64,000 bases of DNA from Eledone cirrhosa (taxonomy: Eukaryota): assembly GCA_964016885.1 (NCBI GenBank), contig OZ024741.1, forward strand, positions 126,852,001 through 126,916,000. The letters are read 5' to 3'. Within the stretch, counting starts at the first letter, position 1, and each line of letters starts with the position of its first letter. The position numbers and the translations under genes were made by a program. Under the pieces are notes generated by a model that saw nothing but the letters and a program-made list of their open reading frames with translations, had not been told where the DNA came from and made no database searches. Positions 1 to 13,151 of this stretch are shown here, piece after piece.

Positions 1-618
1 CATTCTCTCGTTGGTTTATTCTTTCATTTGTTTATTCTTTTATTCTTTTATTCGTTATCCAGTCCCGGAAATGAACATCTTTTGAAATATTTCATTCATT
101 GAAACTGTTTTCCTTTAGATCGTGTGTACGTATGTGTTTGTGGAGTTTGTAGTTTCTGTGGTGTGTGTGTGTGATACATATATGACTGTGTGGTTGTGTG
201 TGTGATGATATATATATGACTGTGCACGTATGCTTGTGATGTGTGTGTGATGATACATATGAATGTGTGTGTGTGCTTGTGGTTATGTGTATGACAACGC
301 ACGTGTTTGCGGTGTGTGTGTGTGTGTGTGTGTGTGTGCGACTCTGTGTGTGTGCTGTGTGTATTACAGTACGTGCGTTTGTATACGTTTGTTAAGTGTA
401 TTTGGAAAGGGTGGCGCGGGGTATATAGGGAGACACATTTTATGTTTCCTAAAGGGGTTTGGGTGCTTCTGTATGTGTAAATGTGTGTGTATGTGTAGAT
501 CTAAGTCATTTACATTCGCGCGTACTTGTGTATGTATACGTGTTTGAGGGAGTGTGTACATATATTTGTAGAGAAAGGAAATATATGGAAAAACACGTAG
601 ATTTTTTTTGTTTCGTAA

Positions 619-656
<38 letters not shown>

Positions 657-1069
657 GTGAGTGTGTGTGTGAGTGTGTGTGTGATAGATATTTCTGATTA
701 GAAACAGTCTATGATTTTCAAACATTTGGAGGATTTCGTATAATATAACTAACATTCCCATTATTAAATTGGTGTTTGGAAAAAAACAAACCTTCTAACA
801 AAAGATTATATGTGTACGGTACTAATAAATATATACACTTTAAACAGTCGTGTATCATAAAACCAGGAACGGTTTATTTCATATTAAATATATGTATATG
901 TATGTGTGTGTTTGTGTGTGGAAGATTTTTAGATAGAAATCTCTACATGCATTCACACATATTCGTATACACACGTGTATACATATATAAAGCACGTATG
1001 TTTCGAAAACGGTGAGCGAAATTTAAAAATTGAATTAGAAGATCTCGCCGTAATTTCAATAAATATAAT

Positions 1070-1258
1070 AATCGTTTCTACTTTAGGTACAAGGCCAGCA
1101 ATTACTCAGTGCATTACTGGTACTTTATTTTATCGACCTCGTAAGGATGAAAGGCAAAGTCAACCTCGACGGGATTGGAACTCAGATTGTAAAGGGACGT
1201 AATTATGCTGGAAAGCATGTCGTCCGACCCTCTACCGATACTGCCAATCCACCACCTT
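1070..1258 (-). mobile_element. tRNA-derived SINE, family A
   Basis: Minus strand has a tRNA-like head (TGGCAGTATCGGTAGAG...GAGTTCCAATCCC) followed by GACTTTGCCTTTCATCCTTACGAGGTCGATAAAATAAAGTACCAG. The same sequence recurs more than 10 times in the window. Confidence 0.85.
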
Positions 1259-1564
1259 ATAATTTTATAATAATATAATAATATAATAATAATAACGGCG
1301 CGTATAAGCCCACAGAACGGAAAACTGATGGACATATTTCATTTAGTAAAAGTTACAAGATCTTCTAATTCAACGTACGAGGATCCGAACGACCTATTCA
1401 GTTCATTCAGTTTGGATATTTATGACGGGTATGACATTTTAGACCTGCCAAGGATTTGTAAGCAAATCCACAGACCTTGCAAGGATGAAGTTTACTGGAC
1501 AATATTGTTAGTATGTTTGATAATGCTTTTCTCCTCCCTATAGAAATATATATATATATATAAA

Positions 1565-1828
1565 ATCTGTCTTAAGCCATAAGGTTCATTTGGCCGGTGC
1601 TTATCCCGGTTTCATAGCGTGAAGCCACTGAGAATACAAGACTCCCCACTGGAGAGGACACCTGTCTATCGCAGGGTTAAACCCCCATCTATTGTTGGTA
1701 CTCATTTTCAGCTGAGTATACTGGAGCAACGTGAAATGAAGTGTTTTGTTCAAGAAGACAACACACAACCCAGGAATCGAACCCGCAAATCGTAAGTCCC
1801 ACACCCTCACCACTAGGCAACATGCCTC
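1565..1828 (-). mobile_element. tRNA-derived CORE-like SINE, family B
   Basis: A/B-box head (TAGTGGTGAGG...GGTTCGATTCC), then CORE-like CTTGAACAAAACACTTCATTTCACGTTGCTCCAGTATACTCAGCTGAAAATGAGTACC. Multiple copies in the window. Confidence 0.85.
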
Positions 1829-2014
1829 TATATAAATTTTTTAAAAATCTTTTTAGACCGATCTGAGGATCCGAATAAGGTGAAACAATTGTTCTCGGTA
1901 TGGTGTACTAACTGTTGTGGAACTACTTCTACTAAACTCGTCCCATGGACTGGGTGCTCTACTACTACAGATATAACCCTCCGGTGTTCTACTATTATAT
2001 TTTTTTTTTCCTAA

Positions 2015-2272
2015 AGTCTGGCTCATCAGGCTGGTCCTTATCCCGGTTTCGTGGTGTGAAGCGACTGAGAGTACAAAACTCGTCCCTGGACAGGACGCCA
2101 ATCCATCGTAGGGTTAAACCTCCAGCAATTACTGGTACTCATTTTCAACTGAGTATACTGGAGCAACGTGAAATGTTTTGCTCAAGAACACATCGCACGA
2201 CTCACCCCAGGAATCGAACCCACGATATTATGATCGTAGATCCAACGCTCTAACCACTAGGCCACACGCCTC
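2015..2272 (-). mobile_element. SINE family B copy
   Basis: Aligns by eye to 1565-1828 and 38315-38587. Confidence 0.85.
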
Positions 2273-2286
2273 CCCGTTCTATCACT

Positions 2287-2359
<73 letters not shown>

Positions 2360-2798
2360 GAAAGAAGTTTTGAAATTTTTATAAACACTTTTAAACTAAC
2401 AAACAGTTCTAGTTCATAAAAGGCCGGTTTCCGATGGTTTGGTATGACGTGGGTTAAAAGTTCATCGAAGCTTTCAGGTTTGTCATTTTTCCTTCACATA
2501 AACGCATGATATTTGGCGCGTTAAGAATTATTAACAATAGGCTTTACAGGGTTAACTGCAATAATGATGGAAATTGCACCATTAAAATGATAGACATTAT
2601 ATAGATCTTTGTACATAGGAATCTGTAATCTCTTGAATAGGTTAGATATAAAAGAAACGAAGGCATATAAGGAAATTAGCATCAGAAAACAGAAAGATCT
2701 AAAACCGAATAATAATTAATATCGATATATAAAAAGACTTGAATATATCTAGCAAAGGGCTCTATAGAGAACCTTCACATATATGTACACACTATGTA

Positions 2799-2831
<33 letters not shown>

Positions 2832-3193
2832 GAGTGTGTGCGTGTGTATATGTGTGTGTGTGTATATGAGTGGATGTGTGTGAGAAAATATATATATGTG
2901 TATATGCGTGGATGTGTGTGGGTATATATATATATGCATTTGCGTGGACGTTTGTGGGTGTGTGTGTACATGCGTGGGTGTGTGTGTACATGCGTGGATG
3001 TGTGGGTGCGTTTATATTTGTGATATGTAGGTAGATTGGTGTTTCTTTGAAAATGTATAACTTACGGTTGCTATTGGTTACTTAAATAGTCTTTGTAAAC
3101 TATTCAACGCATTTCATATCCCATTATTTGCGATTCACGAATAAAAACTGGCTAATGCCGGAATATGTACTTCAAATAATTATCCATAAATGT

Positions 3194-3280
<87 letters not shown>

Positions 3281-3551
3281 ATATATCACCATAAATTAAC
3301 GGAGCCATAGACTCTCGCTATTCCCTGTCAATAGTTTGCTCAGTCAAGAACTTCTTGGCGAAACAGATCTCTTTCGATTTGTACGTGTATGTTATATAGT
3401 TATAGAGACACCTATATACATTTTAATTTATATTTTTAATTATTGTGTGTCTACCCTGCCTTTCATAGATTATAGATTCCATAAACTGGTGGTTTTTCCC
3501 TGTTTTATTGATGGCGCACTGTCTCTCTCTAGTGTGTTACCTTTTCAACAT

Positions 3552-3583
<32 letters not shown>

Positions 3584-3684
3584 CCCTTGATCACCTTGAC
3601 CGACCAGTCAGTCGGGCGCCAATCGGCTGTTTTAGCCGCAAGATAACGCCATAACGCCATCCCACTGGCTGGGCGGGCAGGTCG

Positions 3685-3828
3685 GTACTCATTTCTACAG
3701 CTGAGTAAACTGGAGCAACGTGAAATAAAGTGTCTTGCTCAAGGAAACAACACATCACCCGGTTCGAGAATTGAATTCACAACCTTTCGATTGCAAGCCC
3801 AATGTTCTAACCACTAAGCCATGCGCCT
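3685..3828 (-). mobile_element. SINE family B, head and CORE part
   Basis: GTACTCATTTCTACAGCTGAGTAAACTGGAGCAACGTGAAAT...CCACTAAGCCATGCGCC matches the other family B copies. Confidence 0.75.
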
Positions 3829-3858
3829 TCACACACACACATACACACACACACACAT

Positions 3859-3896
<38 letters not shown>

Positions 3897-4032
3897 AGTG
3901 TAATTTTCTACACAAAGCGAAGGTTATAGAGAAAATTGAGGTTGGTAATGGCACATGGAATATATAAGAGACAGAATACTTTTTTGTGAAAAAACATAAT
4001 TTTATAAGGTAAGGAAATAATAAAGGGTATAA

Positions 4033-4080
4033 AAAATGACCGGTTTCGATGGGTCTGCAAAAGCCATCTTTTCAAATGTT
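4033..4080 (-). ncRNA. Type I hammerhead ribozyme, U3-A8 core variant
   Basis: Minus: aacat TTGAAAA gatgg-11nt-ccatc GAAA ccgg TC atttt. Stem II is a perfect 5 bp, stem III is the palindrome ACCGGT, stem I has one mismatch. Confidence 0.7.
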
Positions 4081-4576
4081 GATTAATATTAAGAAAAATT
4101 AATAATACGAAGAGTTAAAATTTGAGACTTGAAAATTCAAGTATAAAATTCATTGTGGGATTTCATAGCAGTTTTCATCTTGGTAGCAACAACAGGTTGA
4201 CTGCTGTGTCCCTTTCTGGTAGTGAATGAGAAGTTATTTGGGGTGTGGGTTATTTTATAAAGGTCAGATTTAGCAATCGCCAGCTGCTGGTCAGTGAGGG
4301 GGTGGAAGCAATATACATACACATATCTTCCTGTGATGGGTAGGAGAGTGGAGCGTGATAGAAAGGGATTTAGTGCACTTACACCTATATATACACACAT
4401 ACCTTCATCCACACATACATACATATACATATACATATATATATATATATGTAGGAGGTGAGTTTTATTGTAGTACAATAAAGCAATGCAGATATCGGAT
4501 AAGAAGCACTCTACAGTTTGTGGGACTGGAGTATGCATAATATAAGATCAAAAGATGGTTAAAGGAGTTCAATATA

Positions 4577-4643
4577 TTTTATTATGCGCATTTCAAAAAC
4601 AAACATCATCAAACAATAATATTTGTGTTTTCATCAGATAAAA
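4577..4643 (-). ncRNA. Type I minimal hammerhead ribozyme
   Basis: ttttat CTGATGA aaac...gtttt t GAAA tgcgca TA ataaaa. 6-bp stem I, palindromic stem III. Confidence 0.85.
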
Positions 4644-4833
4644 CAGGAGAACATGATATGAAGGCTAAAAAAACACTTGTTGATAGTGCAGTTTTAAATC
4701 AACATGATATGTTTTAAATCAACATGTTTTAAATCAACATTGTTGATAGTGCAGTTTTAAATCAACATGATATGTTGATTTAAAACTGCACTATCAACAA
4801 GTGTTTTTTTAGCCTTCATATCATGTTCTCCTG

Positions 4834-4900
4834 TTTTATCTGATGAAAACACAAATATTATTGTTTGATGATGTTTGTTTTTGAAATGCGCATAATAAAA
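4834..4900 (+). ncRNA. Type I minimal hammerhead ribozyme (inverted copy of 4577-4643)
   Basis: ttttat CTGATGA...GAAA tgcgca TA ataaaa read directly on the plus strand. Confidence 0.85.
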
Positions 4901-5036
4901 TATATTGAACTCCTTTAACCATCTTTTGATCTTATATTATATATATATATATATATATATACATATACACACATACATACACACACACATACATATACAT
5001 ACACACATACACACACACACATATATATATACACAT

Positions 5037-5089
<53 letters not shown>

Positions 5090-5134
5090 TATATATACAT
5101 ATATATACACATACATCCAGATACACACATACAT

Positions 5135-5235
<101 letters not shown>

Positions 5236-5576
5236 TACACACACACACACATATATATATACATACACACATACAAACATACACACACACACACACACAT
5301 ATATATACACACACATATATGTGTGTGTATATATATGTGTGTGTGTGTGTGTATACACACACACATTTTCATCTTAAGGACAAGATGAAAACACACACGC
5401 ACATAGACCAAACAACCAACCAGTAACATGTAAATAAACAAATAAATAAACGAATATAAACACACACAGACACCCGGATGTAACACATGCGCAAACTAAG
5501 CACACAACACACACAAAAACAAGATGGCGTAGGACAGAACAAAGGAGAGGCACAAAAACAAAGAAAAGAATCGCCA

Positions 5577-5619
5577 GTCACTGAAGAGGTCACAGAATGT
5601 GTGACGAAAGAACTTTGAT
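5577..5619 (+). ncRNA. Type I hammerhead ribozyme
   Basis: gtca CTGAAGA g gtcaca gaatg tgtgac GAAA gaac TT tgat. Second copy at 25574-25616 (-). Confidence 0.7.
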
Positions 5620-5825
5620 AATATATAAACAATCATCTGGTTGTGGAACCAACCAACCAACCGGAAATTTATAAATTCCTAAATTTATAAATTTATTATA
5701 ATAAATTGAAGTGAAAGCAACTGGTGCGTGTGTTTCTTATTGGCAACATGACCCTCCCAAAGTATAACAATATCGGTTTCAACACACGTTTTCAGATAAA
5801 GAATGTTGCTAAACAAATTCAGAAA

Positions 5826-5873
<48 letters not shown>

Positions 5874-5922
5874 AAATGTGCGAAATCCTTGGTCCAGTTA
5901 GGTATATTTGAAAAAAGGAAAA

Positions 5923-6250
5923 GAATGACTTCACTTGTAGTTCTAAACAATTTGATTTAATTTTATAATATTATAATTTAGTAGATCTAGTACTTTCTTT
6001 GTTAGCTTCAGGAGGAAGATTTTTAAAGATTCTTGGTTAACTTTCTTGGAGAACTTTCTCGTCGGTGACGATTGTCAAAATGAGATGTTTGACAATTGCC
6101 ACAGACGAATACAAGAAAGTTCTCCAAGAAAGTTTAGCAGGAATCTTTAAAAATCTTCCTACTGAAGTTAACAAAGAGCTTATTAGATCTACTAAATCAT
6201 AATATCATAAAATTAAATCAAATTGTTTAGAACTACAAGTGAATTCATTC
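5923..6250. repeat. Imperfect inverted repeat, about 137-bp arms
   Basis: 5923-6059 pairs with 6114-6250, and the loop itself forms a hairpin (ttgtcaaa...tttgacaa). Confidence 0.85.
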
Positions 6251-6708
6251 ATAGCGAAAATTTCTTTTTTATTTGAATTTTGCAAAGCCGGCCATTTATC
6301 GGTCGTATACTGGAAACTGACTGGCCAGTCTGCTGATATACAAATCTGGCTGATCAGTGGATCTGCTAATATGCAGAACTGACTGATCGGCCAGTCTGCT
6401 AATATGCATATCGGCTCGATCAGTCACTGTGTATTTTTGAAAATACCATATAGTTCCACTAGCTCTGACAGTTTGGCAGGTGATCAGTGAACTGTACTGA
6501 TGAAGGGTGATACCCAGAAACATTAGTGTGTGTAGTTCTGTTCACATGCCAACACAAGTGCAAGATTGAAGTGTTCATTCTACTGACATGGCTATAAAAT
6601 TGAGGCTTGTTTGCATAATTGCAAACGAATCGAATGTTATTATTAATATTCGAAAAACTCAGATTACATTTATTGTATTCAGCCATGTAGAGCAAACATT
6701 TTCTTTTT

Positions 6709-6750
<42 letters not shown>

Positions 6751-6784
6751 AGATTTGAATGGATACAGTTTAGTTGAAAGGAAT

Positions 6785-6906
6785 TTATTGACACGTGTTT
6801 CTGTAACAGTTACATAACCTGAAAATAGCTGCTATCTACAAAAGTTTTAGTTATGCAGACATTCAATATTTCAATGTTATTATTTACTGTCATTTCATCA
6901 GAATAA
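6785..6906 (-). ncRNA. Type I hammerhead with very long stem II, at the 3' end of the PLE
   Basis: Minus: ttatt CTGATGA aatgacagt...actgttaca GAAA cacgtg TC aataa, with about 93 nt between the core strands. Confidence 0.8.
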
Positions 6907-7774
6907 TATTATTGAGGACCTATTTGGTTTTTATAGAGAATATTAGGAGGGAGGGGTGAAGTTGTTAGAAGAATAGTTGAGGGAGTGGTTTGTTGATAGC
7001 AGTGAGAATTTTTTGGTGGCAGTGAGTAATTAGATTCCCATCTGTTGTTTTGACATTTTTATAGAATATATTATTGGTTATTTTTCTAAATTTATAGAAG
7101 GATTAGAGATAGTAAAGATATGCGTGGTTGGTTTTGTGTTTGCACTTAATTAACATTCAGACTTAAATTTTTCTTTCAAGTGTACGTATCCTTTCACCCA
7201 CGCATTCACACACAAATATATTTGCACACCTCTACAAAATACATATACTCACATTCACATATTCATACTTGCATACATATACACATGCATACATATATAT
7301 ATACACACATGTATTCATGTACATACATACGCGTTCATGTGTATACATTTTCATACTCAACTTATCTTTATATACACACGCATAGACACACACATATATA
7401 CATACATACTCTAGTCTATGTGTACACATATACATATACATACACATCTATACACATATATATATATACACACATATATATATATACATATATATATACA
7501 TATAAGCACTTTAATACATGAATACACTTACATCCTACTATACACATCAAACATATATATATATTTACTTATTTATATACATTTTCACATATATATACAT
7601 ACTTATGGACGTTTTTAGACACATTCATTATCGCATATTTGCACCTATTTTCATCAGCATATCTTTCCATTATTAGTGTGGTAATTTAAGGTTATTAATA
7701 TATATTGAGAAGAGATTGTTTTTATATTTTTCTAACTAGAATGAGGTTTATATAGTTGGGGGGATGTCCCTCTT

Positions 7775-9945
7775 TTATGTAATATTCGGCTTGTAGTGGG
7801 AAAAAAGGGTTTTAGTTCTGTGACGGCAGAATAATGTTCGTTCAATTCTGTTATTCAGCAATTTCTTCTTGTGTGTGATTATGTAATAAATCTCAAGATT
7901 ACATAATTTGCAGAAATTTTGGCTCCTGGAAAAGCTTTGGGTTTTAGCTAATTTCTCTCATTTTAGAGTAAACTTTTGATCACTATCCCTGAGCGTCCAA
8001 GCTTTTTCTGCTAAAGTTGTTACATTTCTTTGGCTCTGGTGTTTTATTGAGTAAGAATGCCTATATAATCGAGATTTGAACGATGTTGCCGTTGATCCCA
8101 CGTAATACCACTCGTTGCCTCCGGATTTAATGGTACACTTATAAATAATATTTTTTTCCAGGCAGTTATTGCCGAGGGGGCAGTTGTCAGGATAAGTGCA
8201 GTTACAGTTGTGTACGTTGGGTTTTCTCTGGAGTAGTATTGCGGACGAACTTAGGTGTGGTTTATTTATGTTCTGTAGTGTATTGTCTACTGTTTTTTTT
8301 TTTGTGTTTTTTGTACTTAAGTTCTTAGTGTTTTCGTTTAACCTTCTAGTATTGATCTTTTTTATGTGTTGTTCAAGGTTTAACGCTGTAGAGTATGACA
8401 GTCTTATAGTGGTTGGGTTTAGGATTTTGTGGTATTTGTGTGATGTAGGAAAATGTCTCTTAATTATTTTAAAGAAGAGTACTGGTAAATTTGTACTAAT
8501 GGAACTATTGTATTCGGGGTTATACCATAAGTACTCTTTGCATCGCTTTCTATTAGTTTTGTTTGTTGGTTTACTGGTGTGCATACTACGGTAGTAAGTG
8601 TGGTTTGGTGTTGTGTTATTATATCTACCTATGTGGGATTTATTTTGGGTGTTTTGATTGTTCCCATCTATATACTCTATTTTGTTGAGGTAGCCTGCTT
8701 TACTAAGGGCGTTATCGTAGTACTCGGCGTGTTCCTTAAATACTTGTATGTTAGAAGATAGACCCGAGATTCTAAGGGAAATATTTTTAGGGATAGATTT
8801 AATTATAGAGATGGGGTGGTTAGATCCAACATTTACATATTTGAGATTTTCATTCAGTTTATGAAACGGTTTAATCAATCCAGAGTTTAAATTGAGTGTG
8901 ACATCCAGGAAGTTAACTACTTTAAGGTTGTATTCATATGTTATAGTTAGTCCTATTTCGAGTAGTAGTTTTCTTATATCTTTGCGTAGTTTTTCTAGTT
9001 TTTGGTTACTTAGGTTTTTAACTAGGAGGAGAACATCGTCGCGGTATATTCCGCCGTGGAGATTGCTGAATTTTTCCTGGAGTCTAAAGGCGATAAATAA
9101 CCCCACAATATCAGTTATTTCCGCCGAATCGTTAGAGCCCATTGTTATGTCAAAGTTAGAGGGTCTATCTTTACGTACCCAATAACTGTTCTCGAATTTG
9201 ACTATAGTTTTCCTAGCTTCTAGTATAATCTTAATTTCATCGTTTGTAAGGTCAGAGTTATCCTTAGCAAACTTAATGGCTCTATTCAAAGTTTCAGGTG
9301 ATATCGATGAGTAATATTCATCGATATCAAACTGGATAAACTTAGATTTATTCTTATTGCTAATGCTATTAAACCATCTTATTGCTTCTTGGGTCTTCCC
9401 CCAGAGTTTAATGTTAACCTTAGCCCTAATTTGGGGGATGATTCTATCTAAGATATATTTGCTTATTTTACCTATATCTGATTTGGAGGGGCAGATTAAT
9501 CTAATTTTAGGGTCATTATCAAAGTTTACCTTATGGTCCTTAAGATTGAAGGTGGGTACCGCCGGTAAGAGTGGTCCTGTCCTATCTTCGATTCCGAGAT
9601 TTTTCACTATTTCGCATGCCTCATCATTGATGTGCTTAAGAGTTACTTCATTCGTTTTTCTATATTTTTTATGTAATTCTTTTCGAATGAAGTTGTTGTA
9701 TGTAGTGCAATCCATAGTATACAGGTTTGATGTTTTGTTCGCTTTTATTACAATTCCTTTGGTGTTTTTAAGGTCGTCCAGTAGTTTTTTTTATATCTTT
9801 CTGTAATTTGCTGTTGGTGCTGCGTCCTTTGAATTTAATTTTAAGGATTAAGTTCATAAGGTCCTGCTCAAATGCATCTAATAGTGGGTTGGTGGGTGGG
9901 TTTTTATAAGTCCTAAAACCGAATTTGTTGTTTACACCACTTTCT
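7775..9945 (-). pseudogene. PLE reverse transcriptase plus GIY-YIG endonuclease, disrupted
   Basis: FIQFDIDEYYSSI, GIYRDD, VNFLDVTL, YVNVGSNHP, CNCTYPDNCPLGNNCL, NIIYKC...YYVGST. Frameshift near 9780. An in-frame TGA at 7958 sits where homologs have Trp, and the frame continues through CKLC...CRH to 7775. Confidence 0.92.
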
Positions 9946-10110
9946 AATGTTGAGTTCAAAGGGTCAACACACTGTTCCACACTAAATCTCAGAATTATGC
10001 TAAAAACATACGCGAAGTGCTCACTTGCGTGCACGATAATTTCATGAGCAAACTGTTCCATCACTCAAGCAACTGGAACACTCTTCATCGAAGCCAACGG
10101 AGGTCCATTC
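9945..10110. mobile_element. SINE-like family C fragment
   Basis: Homologous to 37955-38100, 51880-52080, 54340-54490, 55225-55410 and 56378-56612 (GCAAGTGGCTGAGCATTCCACAGACACGTG-like block). Confidence 0.6.
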
Positions 10111-10509
10111 TAATTTCTTTCTGAAACTTACGGTAGATAATCTATTCAACAGAGTTACAATGGCGATATAGGTAAATGATAAATGTAAAACCCGTATCTA
10201 ACCACTTCATTCATAGGTAAAGAATGAAATTAGCATTATAATATATACACAAAACATTGAAATGATAATTAATTGCGATATATACAAAGGAGTGAATATA
10301 TATGTATGTCATGGGTCATTATAGAAAATATTCAGTTATATGCACAACATATACAGAGCTATATATAGGGAAAATTATGATTCTTTCAAATACTTAAATT
10401 GAAGTTTCTCTAGATTATGTAGAAACTTTGTGTGATCTTTTCCACATTATGCCAATAAATTATATTTTATTTTCTTCTTCTTCGCCCACTTATAACTAAG
10501 AATAAGTGT

Positions 10510-10672
10510 TAGACCCCGAGAAAAATGGTTGGATAACATCTATGAGCTTGGCTGGCCACGCTTGGGGATGCAACAGGATCAGTTGGAGACTGTTGCTTCC
10601 TACAGGACCCGTTGGAAGGAGTTTTTGAGGACTCTTCCCCCACGACCCTCAGGAATAAGTGGGCGAAGAAGA
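10510..10672 (+). mobile_element. RTE-clade LINE 3' end fragment
   Basis: [19 protein letters not shown]...LRTLPPRP resembles RTE C-termini. It has a GAAGAAGA tail, with an inverted tail copy at 10473-10492. Confidence 0.65.
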
Positions 10673-10731
10673 TATATGTATATAATTTATGGGCATAATA
10701 ATATGTGGATATATATATATATATATATACA

Positions 10732-10784
<53 letters not shown>

Positions 10785-10841
10785 ATATATATATACACAC
10801 ACTCACACACACACACATATATATATATACATATACATACT

Positions 10842-10887
<46 letters not shown>

Positions 10888-10961
10888 AGTATGTATATAT
10901 ATATATATATATTTATATATATGTATGTGTATGTGTGTGAGTGTATATATATATATATACT

Positions 10962-10994
<33 letters not shown>

Positions 10995-11164
10995 TAGACT
11001 TCTACAGGACTAGAACTATTTTATTTCATGATGATGATTTCTTACGAAAGAAACAGTTATTTCTATAATAAAATAACCTATAACATATTGAGTACCTTTT
11101 CTAAATACACCATGAATCCACCTGTGGGTGGGTGTGTGTATATTTGGTGATTGAGCTTTCCTTT

Positions 11165-11915
11165 CCCAGTTCCCAGATGAAGTAACAGCCTATGTTTTTC
11201 TACATATCCATACAATTCATAGTCGTTTCCACATTAGCAGAAGACACATTATTGGTCGAAAGTTTAGTACAATGTCACCCTTTTTCAATTTTCTTGACAC
11301 AAAAATCCCTTTCCCTTTGCCATCCAACTTGGAACTAAGCCTTCCAGCTGTTGTGTTATCCATTCATGGTGCCTTTTCAGCTTCTTCATTCAGTATTCTT
11401 GGATACTGTCTGGTACTGGGCTCTTCCAATTTGGTATTTTTCTGCTTTTTTTTTTATATTTTCTGTATTTATTTCTATGTTGTCTTGATTTTGGTATGTT
11501 GCATATTTCCTAACCTGTTTTGGATTTCATGCAGTCACTCAGCATTATAATTATGTTCTACATGTCGATACCAGATCCCCACCCCCACATAAAGCTCTGC
11601 TTTCTTCTTCATTAGGTACCAATGTGTGTAATTGTCCATCTAATTCTTCAAACGGCTTTCTCTGGTTGGCTTCAAACAATCTGTTCTGCCTAAAATGTTT
11701 TATTCTATTGTGGTCTCTTTTCAATTCTGCCTTGATCGCTACTACTCTTTGCTTTAATTCTTCCAATACCACATCATATTCTGTATGTTCTTTCCAGCTT
11801 TATTTTTGTATTTTCATTCCGCAATTCCCCTTTTTTCAATCTATCTACTTGTCACAAATCACGTTTCATATTCGTCTATGCCAATACTGTTCTCTTCGTT
11901 CTGTTTGTTCTCTTT
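11165..11915 (-). mobile_element. Degraded R4/Dong-like non-LTR retrotransposon fragment
   Basis: EELKQRVVAIKAELKR...FRQNRLFEANQRK...PNEEES resembles the pre-RT region of R4/Dong. It abuts a (TAA/TAT)n run at 11921-11960. Confidence 0.6.
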
Positions 11916-11944
11916 TTTTTTATTATTATTATCATTATTATTTC

Positions 11945-12560
11945 TATAATAATGATAATAATTTACTTAGTAACCACAAAGAGTTTACATTAAAAAAGCA
12001 TTAAGGGTGGCATAGGTCAAAACATTGCGCGGGGGTTGCGTGTAAACAACTTTAACAAAATAAAAGGGAGATAACAATGAAATTATAACAATGGGTATTC
12101 CTCAATAGGGAGGATACGTCCGAGGGTTACTCGTTTAAAAGACCCCATAAAACCACGCTTGCCTTGACCGCTAGAACAAGTGCCTTCTCTCAATTCTTCA
12201 GTTCCGATTTACAGGTGTATACTTGGAACAGGTCTGTTCACTCGGACCATGCTTGCCACTGTCATCCACCTTTCAACTAAATATTTCCTGTTACATTCTG
12301 ATTTTCCTCTTCGAGTGAAACTTGAAAAGTTTAGTGAGGAATTGTGCAAAGAAGAAAATGCATTCAGCCCCTTCAATAGCGTCCACCATATAACCTCTTT
12401 GCCATGGCCACCAGCACGATTAAAACTGTCTGCCCTTCTCGGTTAAAGGAGAGTGGCAGGGCGATGTTCACGATGGTTTCAGTTGATAACCTGTTCCGCC
12501 CCACACGTGACAGCAGCTGTTAGGCACAAACCTGCAGGTCAGCAGTTGTTGACTTATATA
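11945..12560 (-). mobile_element. Degraded Tx1/L1-like LINE 3' end
   Basis: Minus translation VLVAMAKEVIWWT...LVERWMTVA followed by a 3' UTR. Clade assigned from motif memory only. Confidence 0.45.
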
Positions 12561-12840
12561 AAAGTGATTCAAACGTTTTAAAGAAACGTTACTTCGATAG
12601 AGGATTGTAGCGTTATTTCTGTCACTTTGAAAACAATGAAGTTACTTAATATTTCACTACTATACGTACTGTAATATACTGTTACTATATACAGTTAGCT
12701 ACTGCAACTTTGATAAAAGTATAATGAGACGTTATATACATGTATAGGTGTATATATAGGTATATTTGTGTGTGAGTGTGTAAGTACATATGTGTGAGTA
12801 TATGTACAAATATATGTATGTATATGTGCATTTATATGTC

Positions 12841-12967
<127 letters not shown>

Positions 12968-13103
12968 AGTGTAATTTTCTACACAAAACGAAGGTTATAG
13001 AGAAAATTGAGGTTGGTAATGGCACATGGAATATATAAGAGACAGAATACTTTTTTGTGAAAAAACATAATTTTATAAGGTAAGGAAATAATAAAGGGTA
13101 TAA

Positions 13104-13151
13104 AAAATGACCGGTTTCGATGGGTCTGCAAAAGCCATCTTTTCAAATGTT
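13104..13151 (-). ncRNA. Hammerhead, U3-A8 variant
   Basis: Identical to 4033-4080. Confidence 0.7.

Larger units (their letters stand above)
4451..4940. mobile_element. Fold-back PLE terminal-repeat element inserted in (TA)n
   Basis: About 4538-4712 is an inverted repeat of about 4768-4940. Homologous to 22170-22400. Confidence 0.8.
6747..9945 (-). mobile_element. Penelope-like retroelement (probable Naiad clade), 5'-truncated
   Basis: RT-GIY-YIG ORF, then an approximately 1-kb 3' UTR ending in a hammerhead next to (TA)n. Confidence 0.9.

Noticed and set aside
1770-1828. tRNA genes at A/B-box sequences
   Set aside because: They are SINE heads without complete cloverleafs, fused to repeat bodies.
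2418-2482. Minus-strand CTGAAAG...GAAA CCGG CC, with similar weak motifs at 21920-21960, 31460-31515, 45578-45613 and 11025-11060
   Set aside because: Multiple core or stem I defects. Suggestive remnants only.
6058-6110. Hairpin with GTGACGA as a hammerhead or SECIS
   Set aside because: No GAAA/UH half and no proper SECIS quartet geometry.
7958-7960. In-frame TGA in a Naiad-type ORF as possible selenocysteine
   Set aside because: It aligns to a conserved Trp (compare LHWEIL), not Cys. The ORF also has a frameshift and I found no SECIS. The RTE TGA at 33436 is likewise at a probable Trp.
8196-9806. Long ORFs antisense to PLE and RTE ORFs (also 32806-34907 and 61686-62294)
   Set aside because: Shadow ORFs of the real opposite-strand coding frames.
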